DNA of 64,000 nt from Candidatus Bathyarchaeota archaeon. Lineage in GTDB: Archaea; Thermoproteota; Bathyarchaeia; Bathyarchaeales; Bathycorpusculaceae. Under the pieces are notes generated by a model. The model worked only from the letters and a program-made list of their open reading frames with translations, made no database searches and had not been told where the DNA came from. The position numbers were made by a program, and so were the translations under genes. Below, one piece after another: positions 50,086 to 60,222 of the stretch; the stretch's first letter is position 1, and every line of letters begins with the position of its first letter. The stretch spans positions 128,001-192,000 of the forward strand of contig CAWEPZ010000009.1 in assembly GCA_963811105.1 (NCBI GenBank), read 5' to 3'.

Positions 50086-50328
50086 ATGAAACCTACACTC
50101 ATAGTAAAATGCCCACAATGCGGCGGTTTAATGTTGATCACAAAAGGACAAAAAACAAAAATCTGCCCCTACTGCGGCGCACTCGTAATCCTATTGAAAG
50201 CCCAAAAAATAGCGTGTGCAAGCAACGCCTTCGAAGCTTCGGAGCTCCTTCGGAAACTAAAGAGAGAACAAGGGTTTGGTCCCAAAGCTTTAACGCACGA
50301 AACGCAGCATTTCGCAGCTCTTGCATAG
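50086..50328 (+). CDS. DUF1922-like zinc-ribbon protein
   Basis: CPQCG...CPYCG. Confidence 0.7.
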   Translation: MKPTLIVKCPQCGGLMLITKGQKTKICPYCGALVILLKAQKIACASNAFEASELLRKLKREQGFGPKALTHETQHFAALA

Positions 50329-51229
50329 ATCAGCTGCAGATGGCTCGCCACACTCAATACAGGTTTTATATTTTTCTCGCTTTGCTGTTTCTTCTAACGC
50401 TGGCCTCAAACGTTCTATGGCTTTGAAAACAGTGAATTTGGTTCCAGCATGCTTGGCTTCCATATGGTTAAGCATATCGCGAACATCGTTGCGTAAGGCT
50501 TCCGAAGCGTAGGGGCAAGGTGTATCTTGAAACTTTATGTTTTTAATATATGCATAAAGTGCGCTTTCGTTTTCGGGAATTTCACAGAAAGGCTTAATCT
50601 TCTGCACAAAAAGCGAATGCACCTCGCTGGTTACCGGTTTTTCTTTTGCCAACCTCATTACATCGCCATGAAAAATATTCATAAGAACCGTTTGGACCTC
50701 GTCATCTAGAGTATGAGCGGTGGCAACTTTAGTTGCGTTGACTTGCCGTGCTCCAGCGTTTATGGCTTTGCGTCGAAGTACCCCGCAGTACGCGCAGGCT
50801 GTAAGTTGGGTTTCGCCTTTTCCTCGAACTTTAGCCACAATTTCATCAAGAGTGAAGCCGTAAAGCTCTTTGAAGGATACAACATGGTGGGGGATTTCAA
50901 GAAGTTTACAGTTTGCTGCTGCAATTTCTAAAGCTTCATCCCTGTAGCCAGCGATACCTTCATCTACAGTAACTGCGGTTAAGGTGGTTTTTGGGCGGTT
51001 TCGTTTCTGTTTGGCCAAGATGTGCAGCAGGCTTAGGCTGTCTTTGCCGCCTGAAACTGCAACAGCTAAATGATCATTAAAACTGAGCATACGATAGCGG
51101 GTAATCGTGGCTCTTACTTTAGCTTCGATGGATTGGCTAAAGCATTTTTTGCAGAGCGTTTCACCTGAATACTGTCTATGAAAGAACGCTTCCTTGGTTT
51201 TGCAGGCACTGGCAGACGGGTGCATTCAT
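50290..51229 (-). CDS. tRNA 2-thiolation protein (TtuA/Ncs6, TIGR00269); apparent 1-nt insertion near start
   Basis: SGGKDS PP-loop, CAYC, CPY, terminal CxxC pairs. Confidence 0.88.
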
Positions 51230-51309
51230 GGCGATTCACGATTAAAGATTTGATTGATTGTTAAACTAAATAAACCATGCCACTAACAGACTAATATGGC
51301 AGGAACAAA

Positions 51310-52014
51310 ATGGCGGTTAAACCAACAAAATCCTCAGATTACAATGAAGTAACATACAATGGCCTACGTTGGCAACTACTTAGCGATCTCAGAGGCAAAG
51401 CGTCAGTAGTCATGGCTGCTCTGGAAGTGTTTCATTTGCAGTCGGTTGTGCATGGCAGCGTTGCCAGAGGTGATGTACACAAGAATAGTGATATCGACGT
51501 TTTCATTGCGGAAATGCAAAATAGTTTTCTAGTAGAAACTGCCTTGGAAAAGGCAGCCATACCCATCGGCGCCCGATTGATTGTTCAAGCCACCCCAACA
51601 TACGCAATGAAGGCACACATAGAAATCACTGAAAAAATCTCTGTTACTTTTCCATTGATGCAAATGCGCAGGGTAGAGAGGGAATTTTACGGGTTCGGTG
51701 GAGAAGCAAAACTAAGCCAACTTCAAGTTGGCAACCGTGTGCCGGGGGTGGATAAGCGACTTATGCTTATTGAACCGACAGAAAAAGGACACATAGAAAG
51801 CAGCGTTATAGGTAAAGAGGAGTCTGCAGCTAAGATTTTGGGAATTTCATCTGAAACTGTTTTGGATAGAGTCCATACACTTTTGAAACGTGATACGGTG
51901 GGGAGAACAGGAGTTTTCATCAAGAAAGAGTTAATGCCTGACGAAACTTTTGAGTTGGCGCTTAAAAAGCTCTCTGAATTAAATCCTGCAGTTCGTAGAC
52001 GAATGAAAAAATAG
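51310..52014 (+). CDS. Archaeal predicted nucleotidyltransferase
   Basis: HGSVARGD..SDIDV, RVPGVDKRL, GRTGVF. Confidence 0.85.
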   Translation: MAVKPTKSSDYNEVTYNGLRWQLLSDLRGKASVVMAALEVFHLQSVVHGSVARGDVHKNSDIDVFIAEMQNSFLVETALEKAAIPIGARLIVQATPTYAMKAHIEITEKISVTFPLMQMRRVEREFYGFGGEAKLSQLQVGNRVPGVDKRLMLIEPTEKGHIESSVIGKEESAAKILGISSETVLDRVHTLLKRDTVGRTGVFIKKELMPDETFELALKKLSELNPAVRRRMKK

Positions 52015-52016
52015 GT

Positions 52017-52592
52017 TTAAGGGGTAGCTGGAGCTGGGTAGTAGATGAGTTCTTTCTCTTCCAATAGCGCCTGTATTTTGTCAACTGCTTCGTAAACTTG
52101 CTCTTCTTTCTTGGCTCCAACACAGACAAGTTTTCCTGCTGAAAAGATTAGGAAAACAACTTTAGGTTCATCCATTCGGTAAACTGCACCTGGAAACTGC
52201 TCAGGTTCATACATGACTTTGCTAAGCTTATACACTAAGCTTTCAAGGTCAATTTCACCGCCTAGTTCCGCAGAAGCAACAATATTTTGAATCATTACGA
52301 CTGGTTTTTCTGTTATTTGGATCCCTTCGCTTCGAAGCTCTTTAACCACTTTCTCCACTGCGCTGCGTGATTCTTTTTCAGATTTAGCGCCTGTGCAAAC
52401 CATTTTGCCTGTGCCGAAAATTAAGGTTGCTGTTTTTGGTTTTTTGAGTCTGAAAACTAAACCTGGAAATACGCTTGGGTTGTATTCGGTTTGCGGGAAT
52501 TTCTCCACGATTTTTTGCAGGTCAATTTTCTGATTAAGTGAGACAGAAGCTACAATGTTTTGTATGTTAATGATTGGTTTTCTTTTACTCAT
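52017..52592 (-). CDS. tbp: TATA-box binding protein
   Basis: Two repeats QNIVAS...YxPxxFPG...IFxxGK. Confidence 0.97.
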   Translation of the reverse strand: MSKRKPIINIQNIVASVSLNQKIDLQKIVEKFPQTEYNPSVFPGLVFRLKKPKTATLIFGTGKMVCTGAKSEKESRSAVEKVVKELRSEGIQITEKPVVMIQNIVASAELGGEIDLESLVYKLSKVMYEPEQFPGAVYRMDEPKVVFLIFSAGKLVCVGAKKEEQVYEAVDKIQALLEEKELIYYPAPATP

Positions 52593-52711
52593 GTAAATTC
52601 ACGCGCTTGAGTATTTAAATAGCACAGGGGGTATATAAAGCATCTATATAAAGGACACCCAACCGCTAACCCAACAAGTGGACAGGTTTTCTGGAAAGAT
52701 AACCCAAAAAA

Positions 52712-53812
52712 TTATTTCGTAGTGATATCCCGATAAATTGGAAACCTTAGCAAAGCAGCAATCCCGCTTAAAGCTAACAGTTTTGATCCAGCTTCATGCT
52801 CGGTGCTGATTACAGTTACGGTTGCACGCCGTTTCTCCACGTCATGCATAAGTCTCTCGAGTTTCAGCCGCTGCTCTTCATCAGCATCTCGAAGTGCGGT
52901 ATCTGCTACTACCAATTTCTCAATAGCGCCGATGTTAGCGGCATTTTCCACGGCATCTAAACCATAGGTAACTGTACCTTCTCCTTTTCCAAGCCGCTTC
53001 AGAACTTCCTCAACGATTTCTGTTTCATCAACAACGCGAAGTTGATGAGTAGCTTTGAGCAAAACACCTGAACGCAACGCTTCATAAATTCCTGCGGTTC
53101 CTCCGTTGTTAACGCTTTTCACATCCGCAACGGATTTGGACATTTCCTGCGCTTCCTCAGAGAGATATCTTGCAAAATCGTTCTTGATAAAACCTGCACC
53201 AATAACTATGATTGGATTGTGGTTTTGAGACCACAGTTGTAGAAGGCTGTTGACTGCACGTCGAAAATACGCTTTTGTTCCTTCCACACGTTTATCGGCT
53301 TCGTGCTTGCCTGGCAGTTTGGTTCGTTCTTCAACTTTGATTTCCACACCATACTGTTTGGTTTCCGCTACGGCAAAGCCTTCATCATCTATAGAGATTA
53401 TCAGCATAGGTTTTTCGGTTTCGCTTGCCTTTGTAAGCCTGTCCAATAAATGAGTGGGCCATTTTTTCTTCACAATCGTTACCTGCTGATTTAACGCTAT
53501 GCTAAGTGTATGATGCGCCCCAGTTGGGATAATATCTGGTGCGTGACAAATCAAGCCGTGAACCCTCAGTTTACCCAAGAACTTGTCCCAGCTGACAGAA
53601 ATTACTTTTACCCCCATGAAGGCAGAAACGCGCTCGCCGCTTTTGGGACGGGAGGCTTCAGTGTCATTTTTTATCGCTCTTGAGCTGTAAGCGTAAACCT
53701 CATCGCCTTGATAGATGACGTTATATAAGTGCCAAAGGTCATCCGGCGTGTCAGGAACTACTTTAACGAAATCTTGCTCTATGTTTTTCTCAACAATCTT
53801 CACAATTTGCAC
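52712..53812 (-). CDS. pelA: mRNA surveillance protein Pelota
   Basis: DDLWHL, LRVHG, HHTL, EHEAG..L..LSGIAALLRF. Confidence 0.93.
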   Translation of the reverse strand: MQIVKIVEKNIEQDFVKVVPDTPDDLWHLYNVIYQGDEVYAYSSRAIKNDTEASRPKSGERVSAFMGVKVISVSWDKFLGKLRVHGLICHAPDIIPTGAHHTLSIALNQQVTIVKKKWPTHLLDRLTKASETEKPMLIISIDDEGFAVAETKQYGVEIKVEERTKLPGKHEADKRVEGTKAYFRRAVNSLLQLWSQNHNPIIVIGAGFIKNDFARYLSEEAQEMSKSVADVKSVNNGGTAGIYEALRSGVLLKATHQLRVVDETEIVEEVLKRLGKGEGTVTYGLDAVENAANIGAIEKLVVADTALRDADEEQRLKLERLMHDVEKRRATVTVISTEHEAGSKLLALSGIAALLRFPIYRDITTK

Positions 53813-53942
53813 TTCTCTTAGCTATCTGCGTAAACAAAGAAATAAAAACATACTATAACACAAAAATAATACAATCAAGAATTAACCAAAATTGGTGAAA
53901 TACTAACAATCTTTAAATTTATTCAGACGATTATTAACAATC

Positions 53943-54287
53943 ATGTCAGCCAAGTTTGAAAGCCTCCTCACAGATTATCTCAAAACCCGCCTAGGCACCT
54001 ACAAAAAATATTTGTTAGCAGCCCTAGACAACAAAGATGGATGCCTATGGTATATTGAATACAGCGAAGGAATGAAACAGCCTAATTCTGATCTTAAAAA
54101 CTGCGAGCTACTACGAGACGCACTATTTTTCCGTGAAGATACCCGAATGGCCCGCAATGGACGAACTACCTATAAGATTTACTGTTTAACAGATGTAGGC
54201 AAGAAGACAGCACAAGAATTAAGGGATGAAAGCATAATTAGCGAAGACGACAAGCTTTTGAACCCAATAACCTTCCTCGCTCAATAA
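53943..54287 (+). CDS. Hypothetical protein with winged-helix-like C-terminus
   Basis: YCLTDVGKKTA; similar to 7649..7978. Confidence 0.6.
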   Translation: MSAKFESLLTDYLKTRLGTYKKYLLAALDNKDGCLWYIEYSEGMKQPNSDLKNCELLRDALFFREDTRMARNGRTTYKIYCLTDVGKKTAQELRDESIISEDDKLLNPITFLAQ

Positions 54288-54349
54288 TCTTTCTTTTTAA
54301 AAATATTTATTGTGTTTGCGCAAAATGTGGAAAATAGAAGAAAGGCTGC

Positions 54350-56524
54350 TTAAATCAAATGCAGCAGATTAAGGAACAGCGGAATAAACACAATTGAAAG
54401 AGTGCTTAGAAGTTTTATCAGTACGTGCAAGCTTGGTCCAGCTGTATCCTTCATTGGATCTCCAACAGTATCGCCGACCACTGCTGCTTGATGTGCTTGA
54501 GAGTTTTTGCCGCCTAAATTACCAGCCTCAATGTATTTCTTAGCGTTATCCCAGGCGCCGCCTCCCGTGTTCATCAGCAACGCTAATGGCACAGCGGTCA
54601 AAGTGCAGCCAATTACTAATGCTCCTACAGCTATAGGTCCAAGCAGAACACCGACAACCAAAGGTACAACGAGAACAACCACTCCCGGAAGCACCATTCC
54701 CTTCAATGCCGCTTTTGTGCTAATGTCTACAGCTTTATCGTATTCAGGTTTGGCTGTGCCTTCAAAGATTCCCGGAATCTCTCTGAATTGTCTTCGAACT
54801 TCATCAACCATTTCGCTTGCTGCTTTCCCAACAGCGCTGATTGCTTGAGCAGAGAACAGGAAAGGCAACATGCCACCGATAAAAGCAGCTACTAACACGG
54901 CAGGATTGGAAATGTCAACCGCTAAGCTCGTGGGCAACTTAAAGTGCAATGTTGCCTCTTGAGAGTACGTTTGAAACAGCAGTTGAGCAGCCAACAATGC
55001 TGAGCCCAACGCGAACCCTTTGGTTAAGGCTTTTGTGGTGTTTCCAACGGCATCTAAGGCTTCCATGGTTTCTTCTGCGCCTTTTTCTCCTGACATTTCA
55101 GCTATTCCTGCAGCGTTGTCAGCGATTGGGCCGAAGCCGTCGAGAGCTAAAACCATGCCCATGACAGCTAGCATGCCCATGGTGGCTAATGTTGTGCCGT
55201 AGATTCCTCCAATGAACTGTGGAATTTGTTGCGATGCGATTGGATGCACGCTGTTCCATGAAATCGCAAATTGCGTACCGAAGAAATAAGATAATATTAG
55301 TGCAACACCTAGCGAAATTATGGGGAGAGCGGTCGTTTCTAAGCCAACTGCGAAACCCGTAATTATGTTGGTCGCGCTTCCTGTTTGACTTGCAACAGCT
55401 ATTCGTTTTACTGGACCTCTATCTCTACCTGTATAGTAATCAGTAATGTAATCGATACTTACGCTTGCTGCCAAACCGGTAAGTAAACAATAGAACAGGT
55501 AAATATTACCAAAGAAAACCAATGATACAATGAAGAACAAAATACCTGAAACAATAGTGGTAACCATTAAACCTTTACGCAAAGCTTTCATCGGGTTCTT
55601 AGCTTCCTTCGCATTTAACTTAACGAAAGGCATTCCAACAAGTGTTGAAAAAATTCCCAACGCCCGCGCAATAAGCGGGAAAATCAGAAAAAGAAGGTTT
55701 CCAGTTGCAACACTTATTAATCCGCCGATAATCATGCCACCGATGTTCTCGCCAGTGGCAGACTCAAACAAATCTGCGCCTCTTCCAGCAGAATCACCGA
55801 CATTATCTCCCACGTTGTCTGCAATACATGCTGGGTTTCTTGGGTCATCCTCAGGAATACCAGCTTCAACCTTACCAACAATGTCTGCACCAATGTCTGC
55901 TGCTTTAGTGAAAATTCCGCCGCCAAGCTGAGCAAACAAAGCAATCAAAGAGGCACCAAAACCCATGCCGACAATTCCGCTGGCAGCTTTAATTCCGAGA
56001 TTAGCATCAGGAGTCCCTCCAAACAGAGCACCAAATCCACCATAAATGAGAAACAGGAAACTCACACCTAAAAGGGATAAACCAACTACGGCCATACCCA
56101 TTGTGGCTCCACCGTAAAACGCTGTTTTCAATGCTTTTTCGGCGCTTTCTTTTGCTGCCGCCACGGTTCGCACGTTTGCTTTTGTAGCGTTGTCCATAGC
56201 GATGTAGCCTGCAGCCAGTGAGGCAACTGCACCTACCAAGAAGGCTACGCCAGTGCCTAAACCGAGTGCTAACGAAAGCAAAACGAAGACTACCGCTGTA
56301 ATAATTGCGATAGTTTTATACTGCCTTTTTAGAAAAGCGTAGGCGCCAACACGAATTGCATCGGCAACTTCCACCGCCTTGGGGGAACCTGGGCTCATTC
56401 TCCCTATTTTACGCATAAGAAAAAGTGAAGCGGCAATGGCAATGATGCCAGCTATCGGTGCAATCCAAAAGACAACTGGAGAATCAAACGTAAATGCAAT
56501 TAAAGCCTGCAAATGTAGTAGCAT
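54350..56524 (-). CDS. hppA: Membrane-integral pyrophosphatase, K+-independent H+-pumping type
   Basis: GGGIFTKAADIGADIVGKVE, DNVGDNVGD, GDTVGDPMKD; GNTTKA Lys signature. Confidence 0.93.
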   Translation of the reverse strand: MLLHLQALIAFTFDSPVVFWIAPIAGIIAIAASLFLMRKIGRMSPGSPKAVEVADAIRVGAYAFLKRQYKTIAIITAVVFVLLSLALGLGTGVAFLVGAVASLAAGYIAMDNATKANVRTVAAAKESAEKALKTAFYGGATMGMAVVGLSLLGVSFLFLIYGGFGALFGGTPDANLGIKAASGIVGMGFGASLIALFAQLGGGIFTKAADIGADIVGKVEAGIPEDDPRNPACIADNVGDNVGDSAGRGADLFESATGENIGGMIIGGLISVATGNLLFLIFPLIARALGIFSTLVGMPFVKLNAKEAKNPMKALRKGLMVTTIVSGILFFIVSLVFFGNIYLFYCLLTGLAASVSIDYITDYYTGRDRGPVKRIAVASQTGSATNIITGFAVGLETTALPIISLGVALILSYFFGTQFAISWNSVHPIASQQIPQFIGGIYGTTLATMGMLAVMGMVLALDGFGPIADNAAGIAEMSGEKGAEETMEALDAVGNTTKALTKGFALGSALLAAQLLFQTYSQEATLHFKLPTSLAVDISNPAVLVAAFIGGMLPFLFSAQAISAVGKAASEMVDEVRRQFREIPGIFEGTAKPEYDKAVDISTKAALKGMVLPGVVVLVVPLVVGVLLGPIAVGALVIGCTLTAVPLALLMNTGGGAWDNAKKYIEAGNLGGKNSQAHQAAVVGDTVGDPMKDTAGPSLHVLIKLLSTLSIVFIPLFLNLLHLI

Positions 56525-56695
56525 GTTGCAAAACCCAATACCTTACTGCTTATATATTTTTCCCGAATTTTTAACAGTATTCTAAATAAAATGTATCCAA
56601 TATGAATTACCTAAACTTTGCGCTAGCCAAGTTTGGTTGTATTTTTAAGCAAGGCAAATATAACTCAATAAGTCTGTGCTAAAAGTGATCAAGCG

Positions 56696-57820
56696 ATGCC
56701 TTCAAGATTAATTGTTGTTAAGGTTGGGACCAGCGGCATAACAACCGGTCAAGGACACCTTGACGAAAAAGAAATGCAAAAGTTAACCAGCCAAATAGCT
56801 GCAGCAATCAAACAGGAAAACAAAGTAGTTCTTGTAACTTCAGGGGCAATTGCAGCTGGAATCGCCGAACTAGGTATCCCCCCTAAACCTAATGATGTGG
56901 TGTTCCAACAAGCTGCCGCTGCGACCGGTCAAAGTGTGTTGATGGCGAAGTATCGTGAATTATTCAAAAAGCACGGATTAAAAGTTGCTCAAATTCTACT
57001 TACGGCCGAAGACCTTTCTAATCGGGCATCTTATGTACACACCTGCAACGTCTTAATGATGCTTCTTAAAACAGGCGTTATTCCCATAATCAACGAAAAC
57101 GATGTAACATCCGTTGATGAGCTTCGACAGAAAGAAGGATACAAAGTAAATTTCAGCGATAACGATATTCTTTCAGTTTTAGTTGCGAGTGCAATAGGTG
57201 CAGATTTGGAGATAATATTGTCAGATGTTGACGGTTTGTTTACAGCTGACCCCCAAGAACCTGGAGCCCAATTAATAAGAAATGTAGAATCAATAACACC
57301 TGAATTGAAAAACTCACTTAATGGAAAAAACAAATTAGGCAGAGGCGGAATCCGAAGCAAAATAAAAGCTGCCGAAATCGCCAGTTCATGCGGCATCCCA
57401 GTGATAATAGCTAACAGTCGAAGGGAAAACGTGCTATTAGATATTCTTGCAGGAAAAGATGTTGGCACCTTTTTTAAACCTCAGAATCCAATGTCTGCAG
57501 TGAAACGTTGGATTGCATATGGCGCCGCAGTAAAAGGCCAAATTCACGTAAATGAAGGCGCAAAAAAAGCCATTACCGACGGCTCAAGCTTGCTACCTGT
57601 TGGAGTAACACATGTCGTAGGCAACTTTAACGCAGGCGACGTGGTAAGCCTTGTTGACCAAAACAAAGTTGAGTTCGCTAAAGGCAACCCCAATTACACA
57701 AGTGGCGAGCTAAACTTAGTTAAAGGATTACAAATAACTGATGCCCAAAAGAAGCTTGGCAACGATAAACCTAAAGAAGTTATCGAGCACAGAAATATAC
57801 ATCTAATTGAGGAAGAATAA
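56696..57820 (+). CDS. proB: Glutamate 5-kinase with PUA domain
   Basis: VVKVGTS, INENDV, SDND. Confidence 0.95.
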   Translation: MPSRLIVVKVGTSGITTGQGHLDEKEMQKLTSQIAAAIKQENKVVLVTSGAIAAGIAELGIPPKPNDVVFQQAAAATGQSVLMAKYRELFKKHGLKVAQILLTAEDLSNRASYVHTCNVLMMLLKTGVIPIINENDVTSVDELRQKEGYKVNFSDNDILSVLVASAIGADLEIILSDVDGLFTADPQEPGAQLIRNVESITPELKNSLNGKNKLGRGGIRSKIKAAEIASSCGIPVIIANSRRENVLLDILAGKDVGTFFKPQNPMSAVKRWIAYGAAVKGQIHVNEGAKKAITDGSSLLPVGVTHVVGNFNAGDVVSLVDQNKVEFAKGNPNYTSGELNLVKGLQITDAQKKLGNDKPKEVIEHRNIHLIEEE

Positions 57821-59061
57821 TGATAACAGAAATATGCAGAAAGGCAAAAGCAGCTTCAGTTGAAATGGCAAAGCTCACAGCAGACGCAAAAAACACTGCA
57901 CTCTGCAAAATGGCAAATGCCCTTGAAGTGAACATACAGACGATTTTAGCGGCAAACCAAAAAGACGTTGAAGCTGCCAAATCAAAAGGGCTCAAAACCG
58001 CGCTGCTTGACCGATTGGCGTTGGATCAAAAGAAAATTCGAGGTATGGCCAACGACATACGGGAGGTTTCAGCCCTAGCTGATCCCATAGGCACAATCAT
58101 AAGCAGTTGGACGCGCCCTAACGGCTTGATAATCAGCCAAGTCCGTGTGCCATTAGGCGTGGTTGGAGTAATTTACGAGTCCCGACCCAACGTAACCTCT
58201 GATTCGGCTGCAATCTGTATCAAATCAGGAAACGCAGTAATTCTTCGCGGAGGCTCAGACGCCTTAAACTCAAATGTAGTTATAGGCGAAATGTTACGAA
58301 AAGCTCTATCGGAGACAATTGTTCCTGTAGACGCAATCCAAGTAGTGAATTCTCCTGACCGCAAAGTCGCAGAAGAACTAATGCGAATGCGCCAATACAT
58401 TGACGTACTCATTCCACGGGGTGGCACAGACTTAATCAAAACGGTAATAGAAACTTCTCGCATTCCAGTAATAGAAACGGGTACAGGTAATTGCCATATT
58501 TACGTTGAAGAAGACGCTGATTTAGAAAAAGCTACGCCTATAGTCATAAACGCTAAATGCCAAAGACCTGGAACATGTAATGCAGCTGAGAAACTTTTGG
58601 TTCACAGTAAAATAGCAAAACGTTACCTCCCAGTGGTGATTGGTGAGCTTCGAAAGCAGGGTGTTGAAGTTAGAGGCGACGAAGAAACACGAAAGATTGT
58701 TCCTGACGTTAAAGCTGCTACAGAACAAGACTGGTACACTGAATATCTAGATCTAATCATGGGCGTTAAAGTTGTGAAGAACCTAGACGAAGCCATAGCA
58801 CACATCAATAAGTATGGCACTCATCACTCAGATGCTATTCTCACAGTAGACTTCGATAAAGCCATGAAATTCGTCAAAGAAACAGATTCAGCCGCTGTCT
58901 ATTGGAACGCATCCACGCGATTCACAGACGGAAACCAGTTCGGCTTAGGCGCAGAAATAGGCATCAGTACTCAGAAACTCCATGCAAGAGGGCCCATGAG
59001 TCTTCAGCACTTAACTACAACAAAATACATTATTTTGGGTAGCGGACAAATCCGAAAATAA
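57820..59061 (+). CDS. proA: Gamma-glutamyl phosphate reductase
   Basis: YESRPNV, IPRGG, CNAAE, NASTRFTDG, KLHARGP. Confidence 0.96.
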   Translation: MITEICRKAKAASVEMAKLTADAKNTALCKMANALEVNIQTILAANQKDVEAAKSKGLKTALLDRLALDQKKIRGMANDIREVSALADPIGTIISSWTRPNGLIISQVRVPLGVVGVIYESRPNVTSDSAAICIKSGNAVILRGGSDALNSNVVIGEMLRKALSETIVPVDAIQVVNSPDRKVAEELMRMRQYIDVLIPRGGTDLIKTVIETSRIPVIETGTGNCHIYVEEDADLEKATPIVINAKCQRPGTCNAAEKLLVHSKIAKRYLPVVIGELRKQGVEVRGDEETRKIVPDVKAATEQDWYTEYLDLIMGVKVVKNLDEAIAHINKYGTHHSDAILTVDFDKAMKFVKETDSAAVYWNASTRFTDGNQFGLGAEIGISTQKLHARGPMSLQHLTTTKYIILGSGQIRK

Positions 59062-59397
59062 AGGGAAATTCAAACGCTTTCATAGCACTTAATTTTAACT
59101 TACATCATGTAGCCCATCAAACTCAAAGACTTAACTCAATAATAATTTTGATAAAGCGCATGGATTATTCAAAAATAAGACGGCGCTGCCATACAGTTAA
59201 AGTAGAAGTCTAATAACTAAATTTCCACAGTTTTCCTTGAATCTCAGCAAGAAAAGACTCCCAGCCACTCAATAGTTTAGAAAGAAAATTAAAAATCAGG
59301 TTTCTATGTAACTGGGTTTTAACTTATCGTTTCAAACACTCTTTTATATTTTATTTCCCAAGTTCAAAATAGTGAGTGATATTAGGAGAATATTAAC

Positions 59398-60051
59398 TTG
59401 GGTAACCGATTTCTTAACAAATGGAAAGAAAGAGAACCGCAGCCATCTATATCATCGAAGATTAAAAAAATAGTCAAACCTTCCGAAAGCGTGAAAGAAC
59501 AAATCGGGATGGTAACTAAACGCATTGATATGCAAACCCAAAGTTTGGACATGGCGGTAAAACGTTTTGAGAACCGTGATTCTGACCTCTTCAAATGTGT
59601 CGTGAAAGCTATCACTGATAGAGATAAGGCACGAGCGAACATTCTAGCAGGTGAACTCTGGGAAATACGCAAAGTTGAGAAAATGCTGTCTCATGCATCG
59701 CTTGCTTTAGAAAGCGTCTCAATGCGTCTTAAGACAGTTTCAGAAGTTGGAGATTTAGTTGCAATCTTGACGCCAGCAGCAAGTGAACTGAACAGAATAC
59801 GCACAGGAATGTCTACTGTTTTGCCGGAAGCAGGCCGAGAACTCGAAAATATTGGAAGCCTGCTATCAGACATAGTGACCACAACCAATCAATCCTCAGA
59901 AACACCTGTGAATATTGGGATCACAGCAAACCCTGAAGCCGAAAAAATCTTGGAAGAAGCAGAATTCGCTGTAGAGTCAAGGCTTAGAGAACAATTACCA
60001 GAAGTAGCTGCTGGAGTTACTCTGAGCAAAAAAACAGAATTAGAAGTATAA
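59398..60051 (+). CDS. Snf7/CdvB (ESCRT-III) family protein
   Basis: Helical; RANILAGELWEIRK, LALESVSMRLKTV, EAEKILEEA, LPEV. Confidence 0.85.
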   Translation: MGNRFLNKWKEREPQPSISSKIKKIVKPSESVKEQIGMVTKRIDMQTQSLDMAVKRFENRDSDLFKCVVKAITDRDKARANILAGELWEIRKVEKMLSHASLALESVSMRLKTVSEVGDLVAILTPAASELNRIRTGMSTVLPEAGRELENIGSLLSDIVTTTNQSSETPVNIGITANPEAEKILEEAEFAVESRLREQLPEVAAGVTLSKKTELEV

Positions 60052-60222
60052 CAAAGAATAAATATTTGCAAATCGCGGCAAGTTATTTTTTTTCTTTTTG
60101 TGTAATCTCAATTCTCACTAGAGTCTTCATAAGAAAAATTTGAATATTGGCTAATTACGATTTTCTGCAGTTGTCAAAAAAAATTTTGAAGATAGATCTT
60201 GTGGTTTAAAGAAGCTGCCTTT

